Assembly (NCBI GenBank): GCA_964510025.1
Contig: CAZDZV010000007.1
Location: 59,963-79,962 of the forward strand
DNA from: an uncultured Methanosarcinales archaeon
GTDB lineage: Archaea; Nanobdellota; Nanobdellia; Woesearchaeales; DATDXC01
Direction: 5' to 3'
DNA length: 20,000 nucleotides
Made by a program: the position numbers and the translations under genes. The notes under the pieces are model-generated. The model saw only the letters and a program-made list of their open reading frames with translations. It was not told the origin of the DNA and made no database searches. Within the stretch, counting starts at the first letter, position 1, and every line of letters starts with the position of its first letter. This document shows positions 1 to 8,911 of this stretch, in pieces.

Positions 1-470
1 GCATAGCCTCTTTTCCATTCCCCGTCTGACCGGACATCAACAAGGCTTTCTGGATCCGTGTCTATACTGAGGTCGAGCTCATGGGAGCTGTGGTATTCTG
101 GGATGTTTGTCCTGATAAAGGGCTCCACATCCTGGCTGGTTGTGAAAAAATAGTATGTGCCGTTATTGTTGTCAGCAGCGTCATTTGATACCACCTCAAA
201 AAAATACTGGGTGGATTCCTGCAGTCCGGTAAGCTTCACTTGGTGGTCCCTGACAAGGTCGCTGTCTGTTGCATGATCGCCAAGCAGTGTATTTTTGCCG
301 TAATTTACCCTTGAAGATGAGGCTTCATCAGTATCCCATCGTATCTCAGCAGTGCTGTCGGTTATGCTGCTGGAGCTCACATTAGCTATCGACAGCGCAA
401 ATGACAGGGGAAGGCATAGCATAAGCTGCAGTATCAGGGTTGCTATTGCCTTAAGATACGCTTTCCTCAT
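1..470 (-). CDS. Secreted protein with N-terminal fibronectin type III-like (purple acid phosphatase N-terminal-like) domain; 3' end runs off the window
   Basis: Not in the ORF track because it has no stop in the window. Manual translation from ATG 470 gives MRKAYLKAIATLILQLMLCLPLSFA-LSIANVSSSSITDSTAEIRWDTDEASSSRVNYG...HQVKLTGLQESTQYFFEVVSND, a Sec-type signal followed by the FN3 pattern (W-x-T, V-x-YG, H-x-V-x-L-x-GL, T-x-Y-x-F-x-V). ATGA overlap with the upstream stop (467-470). Confidence 0.85.
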   Translation of the reverse strand, partial: MRKAYLKAIATLILQLMLCLPLSFALSIANVSSSSITDSTAEIRWDTDEASSSRVNYGKNTLLGDHATDSDLVRDHQVKLTGLQESTQYFFEVVSNDAADNNNGTYYFFTTSQDVEPFIRTNIPEYHSSHELDLSIDTDPESLVDVRSDGEWKRGY

Positions 471-2431
471 TTTATCAGCTCTGGCCCCATAACACCTTCT
501 GAATAGCTCTCAAGGTTGCTGAAGAAAAGGGCCATATCCTCTTCATCCACGAAATTCTGGTAGAGCACATGGAACCTGACCTTCTCATACTCGTCCACAT
601 TTCCTGTCTTCCATGCAGATCTATACCCTCCCGCTATTTCCTCGTCCTTCATCATGTAGATCTCTACATCATATTCAAATGCACCCGACAGCAGCTCAAG
701 CTGCTGCGTCTCTTCGGCGCCGCTGTCAAAGGGATAGACGACTGTCTCATCAAAATTCTTGTCTTTGGCCTTGATGATTATGATCGCTGACTCTCCATCG
801 GCAAATTCCTGGCCTGGAAAGACGGTTCCGCCTGAATATTCGTGTTTGATAACGCTGAAATTCACAAATGTCTTTATGGGGTTCATATAGATAGAATATA
901 TGCTGTCTTCCCCTGTCTGGATGAACATCTCTGAATCAGCATATCCCTCTTTCTCTGCCCTAAGGACGCCCAGGGTGCAGTAGGGTGTGAGCCCTTCCCA
1001 GTAAGGTGTTCCTCCGCTTCCGTAGTCCGGCTCTGTCTGGCCCAATGGGCAGATGAACTTTCCGCATGCCAGCGTAAGATTAACGTCCTTGATCTCCCAG
1101 CCGGAAGATGTGTTCTCCCTTGCAAAGATGGTCAGAGTGTTGTAAAGGTCGTTGCAGAACTGCTCGTCTTCAACCAGGTTGTCAACCTCAAAATCCGTTG
1201 ACACGAAGCTTTCCCTTCTTGGCTCATTATGGTCAATAGATCCCTTGAACGCGAACATGAAAGTGTATTCATAGTTTCTTGTCGTCCGTTCATCCACTAT
1301 GGTCACCTTGACAGGAAACCTTATGTCATATGTGAAATGCCAGAAATGCATGCAGAAGAAAGACAGCATATCCTGGCCTTTCTGTGAATTTGAGTGCAGG
1401 AAGGGATATTTGTTGGGCCTGATGTAGAAGTCGTTGATCCAGTGCATCGGCCAGTTGTAGTCATAGCTGAAGCTCACCCTCATGTTGCTCCAGTCCCTGT
1501 CGCCTATATCCCATACATAGTGGCTCCAGTAGTATGATGAATTATAGCTGTCATCCAGCGGCTTTCCTGTCAGTAGGTCTTTGGGAGGCAGCGGCAGATA
1601 CCTGTCTTCGTCAAACCTCGAGCCTTTGATCTTTATGAAATCGAAATTGTGGGCCATCAGCAGCTTAATCTTGTCTTTTATCCTGCCGATGTTCCAGCTC
1701 ATCTTGGAGCATCTGAATTCAGGGCCGCCTGTGTCAGGTATATCGCTGTCCAGGGATATAAGGTCAATCACCTTTCTCTCGATAAATCCCTGCTGGTTCT
1801 CTACCTCCAATATTGTCCTTGCCATGGTATAAGCGGCATGCAGCCTCACCGGAAGCTCAACATTGAACCTGCTGATCTCTGCCAGGGTCTTGTTGAACTT
1901 GTCTTTGACCTCTATGCTGTAGCGCAGCTCTATATCCACAAGCGAATCCATCGAATCCCCTATCTCAGCTATTGTCTCGATGCCTGAATGCTCCACAATG
2001 TCATAGATGCTGCTGAATGCGCCGAAGTCAGACAGGCATGCGGACATATGCTCGTTGATATATTTGGTTATCTGGTCTTCCATGAAATCCTCGCTTGGCA
2101 CTCTTTCTGTCCCGTCATGCCACCAGTACGGATTCTTGTANNNNNNNNNNTTGTATTTGGGTGTCGGTGACCTGGAGATGTATGTTTCCGGATTGTTGTC
2201 TATCTCAGGGGGGAAGTAGATATACCCTCCGTTGAGTCCCAGCGTCGTGACCGCTTCCATGCCAAGGTTCCTTATGCATGCCTCCACATAGCTTTGCACA
2301 GGAATGAGCTCTGGATTTATCTTCTCAAGGTCCTGCAGGGCTTTCTCCTTTATGAAGCCGAAATAGGCTATCGCAAGCAGTAATACTAGCCCAAGTATTA
2401 TAAACACAGTAATCTGGCCTCTTTTTTTCAT
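467..2431 (-). CDS. Large class III signal peptide (pilin-like N-terminus) surface protein, G|QIT family paralog 1 (~650 aa)
   Basis: Start reassigned to ATG 2431 (MKKRG|QITVFIILGLVLLLAIAYF), which has an ATGA overlap with the stop at 2428-2430. Shares motifs with 8904-11021 and 12800-15517: PVxxYVExC, LGxxGGYI, PYWW, FxYDxxFP, YxFxF, PxCxxGxLxxxKxGY. Contains a 10-N gap at 2141-2150. Confidence 0.85.
   Translation of the reverse strand: MKKRGQITVFIILGLVLLLAIAYFGFIKEKALQDLEKINPELIPVQSYVEACIRNLGMEAVTTLGLNGGYIYFPPEIDNNPETYISRSPTPKYXXXXYKNPYWWHDGTERVPSEDFMEDQITKYINEHMSACLSDFGAFSSIYDIVEHSGIETIAEIGDSMDSLVDIELRYSIEVKDKFNKTLAEISRFNVELPVRLHAAYTMARTILEVENQQGFIERKVIDLISLDSDIPDTGGPEFRCSKMSWNIGRIKDKIKLLMAHNFDFIKIKGSRFDEDRYLPLPPKDLLTGKPLDDSYNSSYYWSHYVWDIGDRDWSNMRVSFSYDYNWPMHWINDFYIRPNKYPFLHSNSQKGQDMLSFFCMHFWHFTYDIRFPVKVTIVDERTTRNYEYTFMFAFKGSIDHNEPRRESFVSTDFEVDNLVEDEQFCNDLYNTLTIFARENTSSGWEIKDVNLTLACGKFICPLGQTEPDYGSGGTPYWEGLTPYCTLGVLRAEKEGYADSEMFIQTGEDSIYSIYMNPIKTFVNFSVIKHEYSGGTVFPGQEFADGESAIIIIKAKDKNFDETVVYPFDSGAEETQQLELLSGAFEYDVEIYMMKDEEIAGGYRSAWKTGNVDEYEKVRFHVLYQNFVDEEDMALFFSNLESYSEGVMGPELIK
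2141..2150. other. Assembly gap (10 N)
   Basis: N run flanked by TTGTA on both sides, suggesting overlapping contig ends. Confidence 0.9.
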
Positions 2432-3141
2432 CTTAACAGTATAGCTGCCAATCTGATCCTTATTAAATCTATCGCTGACACAACTCCTGTGAGCAGCCCT
2501 ATGAATATGGCTGCCCGCAATGCGACAGCCCCTATGCTTTGCAGGGCAGGCATGAGCAGCAGCAGCGCAAAGCAGCCGACAAGCAGCATGTTGGGCAAGG
2601 CCAGCCTGTAAAACCTGACAACCCCTATCCTTAATGCTTCTCTTATTGACCTGATGGTCTGCTTTTCTGCAAATTTCAAAAATACTATGTTCCCGAAATA
2701 TAGGGACAGCACCGGTATGGCTATTGCCGCGATATCCCTGAATATTGCCCTGAAGCCGTTCTGCGCAAGGATCATTGCAGCAAAAGATATCATGAAGATG
2801 CATGACGTCAGCAGCAGGAACCTGAGGAAATAGGCTAGATTGAATCTTTTCTTTGCAAGCCTTGCGTAGATCATTCCCTGAAAAAAGGCAAAGTTCGCAA
2901 GCATTAGCGCTACATATGAGATGATCAGGGCTATCAGTATCCCCAGTGTGTTGCCCATGGTAGATACCAGCATGGTCGCCTCCTCAGGTGTCTTCTGCAG
3001 CAATGTCTCAGGTGTAAGCCCTGAAAACTTGCTGTACTGCATAATCACAAGTAAAGAGAATGATGCCAGAAGAAGATAGCTAGCTAGCAAGAAAGCCATA
3101 TCCAAGGCTACGATGCCTAGCAGTCTTTGCTTTTTTTTCAA
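2428..3141 (-). CDS. Polytopic membrane protein (~5-6 TM), paralog of 15510-16286
   Basis: 237 aa, TTG start, multiple long hydrophobic segments with basic loops. FQGMIYARLAKKRF and SIREALRIGVVRFYRLALP align by eye with IHGKEWSLLVDRKY and AVKRTFGLCFMKLYRYFWP of the paralog. Confidence 0.8.
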   Translation of the reverse strand: MKKKQRLLGIVALDMAFLLASYLLLASFSLLVIMQYSKFSGLTPETLLQKTPEEATMLVSTMGNTLGILIALIISYVALMLANFAFFQGMIYARLAKKRFNLAYFLRFLLLTSCIFMISFAAMILAQNGFRAIFRDIAAIAIPVLSLYFGNIVFLKFAEKQTIRSIREALRIGVVRFYRLALPNMLLVGCFALLLLMPALQSIGAVALRAAIFIGLLTGVVSAIDLIRIRLAAILLR

Positions 3142-3155
3142 TCTTTATCTGGCCT

Positions 3156-5760
3156 CTAAAAGTCATTTATGTTGCCGGATGCCTGGCCTGCCTGGCCTCC
3201 CTGTGAAGGCGAGCTGTATCCTGTTGCAGGCGCAGCTGACTCAGCTATAGGCACGCATACTTCATTATAAGACTCGTCATCCGGGGTGAAGAGCTTCCTG
3301 TCGAACACAAGGCATGCCTCATTGTACAGGTTGAAGCTGTATTGCACAATGGCCTCCTCACCTATATACCGTAGGGCCTCTCCCTCATCAGCCTCAAGGT
3401 CTGCTGCAAATACCTTTGCTGTGGTCGCTCCCCTCAGCTCAAGGTTTACGCCCAGACCCTCATATCCCGAATGATCAACATTGTTGACCACAAACGTCAG
3501 CTTGTATAGGTACTCCGCCCCGTCTGGACCATCCAGAGGCTGGCTCCTGTCTGCTTCTATGTGGGCTGCTGTCATCAGCAGTCCGGTCGGTGACTCCACT
3601 ACAAGAACATTGTCAGGTATGCTCTCTATCTTCTGGTTGCATAACACAGAAGACCAGCATTCCTCTCCTCCGAACAGGACAGTGCTGCAGAAGAAATTGT
3701 CCACCTCCTGCCTCCATTCATCAAGGTCCTGCCTGTCGAACAATAACCTGGAAAAGCCGCTCAGCCCTGAAAACTCGCTTAATATGAATTCAGTTGAGGC
3801 TGCGAACCTTCTGAACTGGGATTTTGTCTTTGACTTCAGGGCCCTCTTTACCAGCTCATTCTCTGATTTCTCAGCTGTCTGCCCGTTATAAAGCCATTCC
3901 TCTTTTTCAGCGTCCCATTTAAGTATCACTTTATCATTATCCTCCACATATATAAACTTCACCAAAGCGCCCCTGTCCCTGCCCCAGGTTGTCCATTCCC
4001 CTACGCTTTCCTGGAGGTCATCATCTCCAGTCTCAAAATAAGAGAAATGCTGCTGCTCCACTATGACCTTGCCGTCAGTCACCCTGTAGTCAGATATTAT
4101 TGAAGATACCAGTTTCCGCTGGGCTCCCTGCTTTTCCTCCAGCTTTATCTGGGCATAACCCCATTGCAGGACCAGCTCAACCGGCTTTGATTTGCCGTCT
4201 ATCTCAATTGCTCTGCTGTAGGTAGTCTTTTTTATTCCGAGCTGTTCTTCATAACCAACAAGATTTACTTCAACCCGCCAGCCAGCTGAATCAGTGTAGG
4301 TTATTATTTTGCTTGCAGCTGTCAGGCTTTTAGGATTGTCTGCCTTTATCTCATTTAGCGTGTCAATATCAATCTCAAACTGATGATTCGGCAGATTTGT
4401 AGCAGGATCCAGCGTTCCGATCTCAATGCCTTGCAGCTCCTTGTTCCTCCCGTCCTTCAGCTGATATTCCTTGAAAACATGGCTTCCAGCCAGCTCTTCT
4501 ACTTCATACATCAAGTCTATTTTCTCTCTTGTCTGTGTAAGATATATTCCATTATCCAGATAGACCTGCTCAACACCGATCTCTCTATTTATTGAATAAC
4601 TGTTTTCCACCAGCTTTGCATGAGGATGGTTCATCTTGAAGTTGATGATGCTTGAAAGCTCTGCTGGCGGCTCTGTGTTTGTTCCGCCATAATACCATTT
4701 GCCTTCGTAAACATAAACATGCTTTCCTGAATGGTCTCCTACTGTAGCAATGCCCAGATGCTTGTAAGGCACTTCTTCATCCTCCTCGCCGGGAGTTCCG
4801 CTCGGGAAAAGGGCTCCGGTTACGCTATCACTATCCAAACCATAGCTTCCGAACCTGTCTATCACAACGCTCTCAGGCTTGAAGTGTTCGATCCATCTCT
4901 TCCTAAGCTCCGGACTATCTTGTTGGTCTGTTTTCACCAGCCAGGCGCCATATTGCTTTTGTATCTCTGAACTTGCCAGCATTGCTTTAAGTGCCTCTGT
5001 TTGCTCACCTACAAGCCATTTTTTGCCGCCGTACATATACCCTATGGTGCTTTCTCCATCTGGCGACTTTATCTCAGTAACATCCAGTGTTGGTGCAGTG
5101 ACAGACTTGTCTTCAACAATCAGTCCAAGAGACTCCTTGACAAATGAAGTGATCTCCCCTAGCCGGTCTCTTCTGTCTGCAAGCCCCCTAAGATCTGGCG
5201 GGGTGTATGCATTGAAATTTTGCGCATAAAGGTCTCTTGTCTCAGCATCATCATTGAGATCATTGCTTTTTCTCCAATTTTCATAATGCTCCACAATATC
5301 TTCCTGGTCATTGTAGACCTGTGCTGCCTTTTGTCCCTCATCCATATTACCATCTGTAGATACGATGATCTTCTTGCCTCCTTTTTCAATATAGACAAGA
5401 TCATCAACCTGCCTAGCCTCCCAAGCACCGACTACTGTTGTTGCCTCAACTTCACTTCTAGGTGCAGCATCAACTACCGTANNNNNNNNNNAATCCTTTG
5501 TATCTTGCTGTTGCCCTGTCAGTTGCTTCCTTAGCATTCCTTGCATTCCCGACCACTACATCATAGGTAGTTCCTTCATTATTCTGTATCGTTACAATAT
5601 ATGTTTTTGGTCTGGCTGAAGTATCCATCCCAGTGATCTGGATAACTCTGCCTGTCATGTTGCCTGTCATCATACCTACTGCTGCCACAGATATGGCTAT
5701 GATTACTATGAGCAGCCCTGCCCGCATCGAGCTCAGCTCTGCTCTAGAACCAGCTATCAT
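3156..5760 (-). CDS. Large membrane-anchored/secreted protein (~860+ aa) with variable central region and conserved C-terminal domain; split in the ORF track by an N gap
   Basis: ORFs 5470-5784 (N-terminal hydrophobic segment LLIVIIAISVAAVG...TGRVI) and 3156-5546 switch frame exactly at the 10-N gap 5482-5491. ATG 5760 is preceded by GAGGAGG (alternative ATG at 5727). The C-terminal ~150 aa resemble 16283-16741. Confidence 0.7.
5482..5491. other. Assembly gap (10 N) causing an apparent frameshift
   Basis: N run located exactly where the coding frame switches. Confidence 0.9.
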
Positions 5761-8700
5761 CTTCCCCCTCCTCTTCATAGTCAAACTCGCTCTTCATGTC
5801 ATCGAAGACCTCGCAGTAGTCGTTCTGTATCGTCCATCCCTTGTCCATTATCTCGTAAACATCCCTCACAGCCTCTCCTACCATTGCCAGCATCTTAGGC
5901 ACGACGCACCACTTGTATGGCCAGTGATATTCTCCTCCGGTGCATTCAGGCATGCAGCTGTAGGCTAACGCAGCTCCCACTATAGCCAGGGGATCAGATA
6001 ATGTGCTTTTTACCAGCCCGACATAGTGGTCAAATACAGCCACAAAAGGTATGGCCCTGAAGACCTCTCCCACGACGTACTTGCACGTCATGTAGTCCTT
6101 CTGGTCCTCGCAGACAGACAGAGGGACCCCTGCAGCAGGTGTCCCGGCTCCTGGTGCCCCTTCGATAGCAAGCAGGCATGTCCCATACATGCACTCGATC
6201 TGCCTGTATTTCTCAAGGTTGTAGATTATCCCGGGCACGCATAACGTGAATGCGCTCAGCACGATGCTGTTCTTGACATCCATATAGTCATTGGGCGACT
6301 TGCCTGTATAGTCCTTGACTATCTGCGATCCTGGCCATCTGTTGAGGTCAATCCCGCCCCCTCCTCCTAATTTTTCAGCCCAGCCTTCCCAGCCAGCCAC
6401 CTCGTTGTTCATGCTCTTTGCCATCTTGCAGTTCACCATGGCGCACAATGTGTTTATGCCCTGCCCCCATGCTCCTCCTTCATAGCTTGCGACTGCAGTC
6501 TGCCTTATTGTCTCGCCGGATGAGCATGCGGCTATCCTGTTCATCCTCATGGCTTCCTTTCCTGCAGGGAACCATGTCAGTGCCGCTTCTGCATTTCCCA
6601 TTATTGTGGTTATGCCTTCAAACACCACTATTATGTTGCTCAGGTGGTTCCAGAACTTGCAGAATATTCCTGCATAATCCATGATCTTTTTCAGTATGCC
6701 TACCCATTTCCATAACCCGTCGTTTATCTCATCAACCTCATCTATCTTATCCTTCAGGCTGTCCCCTATCTCCCCCAGGGGATTGTTGTAGAAAGCGATG
6801 CTTATAGGGATGTTCTCAGTCTCTTCCTGTGTAGTTATGAGGTTGCCAACCCTAGATATGATATTTATGGGGCAGCTTATCCTGATATCGTTTAAGGTTG
6901 CTTCTGCCCTCGCAAGTGTCAGCTTGATGAACGGCTCCCTGCTGCCCTGCTGGTTGTTCATAAGCTCTATGTTTGATATGAACCCTGCATCTCCTGTGCA
7001 TTGTCCAAGCTCTACAGACAAAGGCTCCTGGTCCGAGCTCATGTCGATCTTGTCCAGGTAGATATGGCAGAATGACCTTGTGCTGACTAGAGGTGTTATC
7101 TCTCTGTCAAGCCTGTCTGGCGAGCATTCGACCCTGGAGTTCCAGTAGTTGGATGCTCCTGCTTCCATAAATCCGACAACCTGTATCGGGACATCCTTTT
7201 CAAGCTGGTTGCCTGCTGGATCGACAAAACTGAACGTGAGCCTGCCGTCGATATCACCTGAAACATCTATAGGGGTCGTGGCCCAGTTGCAGGTCCACAC
7301 ATCGCCGTTGCTTGTGCAGCTGTCTGCAAGCACGCTGTCAGCTCCGTCGATTATTGAAGATAGGTCAGCATATGCATTCACTATCTCGTTGCTCTCCCTT
7401 ACATTGATCTCTATGGATAGTGCATCCCCTGTCTTGATTATACCTTCATAGGTCTGGGCGCCTATGTTCTCGACCGAATGGGAGATGTATGACGGGTTTG
7501 TGAGGTCAACTACAATATCCTTTTCAACTATGCCTGTGGCCGGATTTCCCAGGTCGTCTGTCCCTGTTACCTGAAGCGTCTTCCTGCCTGCGCTTCCTGC
7601 CACCACATCATAGGTGCAGCTCCAGCCAGGGGTGCATTCCTCAGGCTGTATCACCTGTCCGGCTATGCTTATCTGTATGTTCTCTCCATAGAGCCCTATC
7701 CCTGACTCCTGTATGCTGAGGCTGATCTCATTGTTGCCGCTGCCCAGGAAGCTTACATCATCCAGGTTGGTATGCTCGGTCTCAATCGCAGTTATCTCAG
7801 GCCCTGTTGTATCATGCTGTATATTCTTGCTGAAGACAACCAGGACAGAGTTTCCGGCTGTATCAGAGGCGTTTATCCTGATGTTGGCTGTTGTGACAGA
7901 ATCCAGCTCTACGTTCACCGGCCATATGCACCTGTATTGGTCGCCTGCTGAGGAGCAGCTTCCTTTTGTGTAGCCTGCTGCCTGGTTTATGTTGAGCTCG
8001 CTTAAGTCCGCATATATTCTGTTGGTATCTATGTTGTCGCCGACTATTGTCGCTGAAACCTGTGCTGCCACAGCTGTATCTCCGATGTGCGTAAGGTCAT
8101 TGCCGTTGGCCTTTAGCTCAAGGTTCTGCACAGAAGGTATTGTAGTGTCTATGGCCAGGTTGACTTGTCTTGAAGCCTGCTTTCCAAGGTTATCATAAGC
8201 AGTAATGGTTGCAGCTATTGTCTTTGAAACAGCGCTGGCTGCATTTGGTTCTATCTGCAGCAGCGGAACATCGACAGTGCCTGTATAGCTGCAGTGGTCT
8301 GGAGCATAGTTGACGTCTATTGTTGCAGAATAGCTTCCGGCTGTCAGCTCCAGTCTGTCTATCCCGGAGCACCTGTTGGCGCACGCTGGGTTGCTGCAGG
8401 CATAATCCTTGACGCTGAAGCTGAAGCTTACGTCCCCTCCGCTTGCGATGCTAGGTGAGGCTGTAAAGCTCTCTATGGAAGGTGCAAGCTCATCAGTGTA
8501 CATCCTCTCTGAATCCTGGGCGACCCTCAGCTGAGCATCATCATAAAGATATACCCTTATATCCTTGGGATTTGTGAAGCTGCTAAGTGAAGCTGTGGCA
8601 AAGGTGCATTCATGATGCGGGCCCACGTACACGCACTGGTCAAACATGGTTCCTGGGTTTGTTGCGTCCAGTGGTGTGCTGCCTCTTCCGCCGTACCTGA

Positions 8701-8911
8701 CCTGGCCCGGGGTGATATCCTCATCCCCATCCACAACAGCATTAACCTTTACGCTAAGGATGTCTGACTGCTTATCCCTTATATATCCGTTGATTTCATC
8801 CTCTCCGCTCGCGTCAGTGATCTGCAGGAAGCTTGCCATGGCTGCTGAGCTGTATATCGGAATGCAGACTATCATGAGTATTACAGCTGTCGTTATGATT
8901 TTCCTATTCAT
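5744..8911 (-). CDS. Large secreted Ig-like-repeat protein with Cys-rich helical C-terminal domain (1055 aa), paralog of 16746->20000
   Basis: Start reassigned to ATG 8911 (MNRKIITTAVILMIVCIPIYSSAAMA signal peptide; 8-bp overlap with the upstream stop). Repeated ~100-aa beta-rich units carry YADLS, C-x7-C-x-W and D-x-AGN/D-x-LG motifs. The C-terminal motif is LCVPGIIYNLEKYRQIECMYGTCL. Confidence 0.85.
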   Translation of the reverse strand: MNRKIITTAVILMIVCIPIYSSAAMASFLQITDASGEDEINGYIRDKQSDILSVKVNAVVDGDEDITPGQVRYGGRGSTPLDATNPGTMFDQCVYVGPHHECTFATASLSSFTNPKDIRVYLYDDAQLRVAQDSERMYTDELAPSIESFTASPSIASGGDVSFSFSVKDYACSNPACANRCSGIDRLELTAGSYSATIDVNYAPDHCSYTGTVDVPLLQIEPNAASAVSKTIAATITAYDNLGKQASRQVNLAIDTTIPSVQNLELKANGNDLTHIGDTAVAAQVSATIVGDNIDTNRIYADLSELNINQAAGYTKGSCSSAGDQYRCIWPVNVELDSVTTANIRINASDTAGNSVLVVFSKNIQHDTTGPEITAIETEHTNLDDVSFLGSGNNEISLSIQESGIGLYGENIQISIAGQVIQPEECTPGWSCTYDVVAGSAGRKTLQVTGTDDLGNPATGIVEKDIVVDLTNPSYISHSVENIGAQTYEGIIKTGDALSIEINVRESNEIVNAYADLSSIIDGADSVLADSCTSNGDVWTCNWATTPIDVSGDIDGRLTFSFVDPAGNQLEKDVPIQVVGFMEAGASNYWNSRVECSPDRLDREITPLVSTRSFCHIYLDKIDMSSDQEPLSVELGQCTGDAGFISNIELMNNQQGSREPFIKLTLARAEATLNDIRISCPINIISRVGNLITTQEETENIPISIAFYNNPLGEIGDSLKDKIDEVDEINDGLWKWVGILKKIMDYAGIFCKFWNHLSNIIVVFEGITTIMGNAEAALTWFPAGKEAMRMNRIAACSSGETIRQTAVASYEGGAWGQGINTLCAMVNCKMAKSMNNEVAGWEGWAEKLGGGGGIDLNRWPGSQIVKDYTGKSPNDYMDVKNSIVLSAFTLCVPGIIYNLEKYRQIECMYGTCLLAIEGAPGAGTPAAGVPLSVCEDQKDYMTCKYVVGEVFRAIPFVAVFDHYVGLVKSTLSDPLAIVGAALAYSCMPECTGGEYHWPYKWCVVPKMLAMVGEAVRDVYEIMDKGWTIQNDYCEVFDDMKSEFDYEEEGEDDSWF

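Noticed and set aside
2136..2155. TTGTA direct repeat flanking the N run, resembling a target-site duplication
   Set aside because: Best explained as overlapping contig ends. Collapsing 15 bp keeps the frame (PKYKNPYWW).
2432..2803. 124-aa N-terminal extension of ORF 467..2803
   Set aside because: It overlaps the membrane-protein gene on the same strand and has atypical composition. The class III signal and ATGA coupling place the start at 2431.
3131..3138. Homopolymer runs near gene starts (T8 at 3131, T7 at 2422) and G7 at 17281 as phase-variation tracts
   Set aside because: They are short, in frame, and explained by Lys or Pro codons.
5470..5546. Apparent frameshift/pseudogene or programmed frameshift
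   Set aside because: The frame change coincides with a placeholder N gap of unknown true length.
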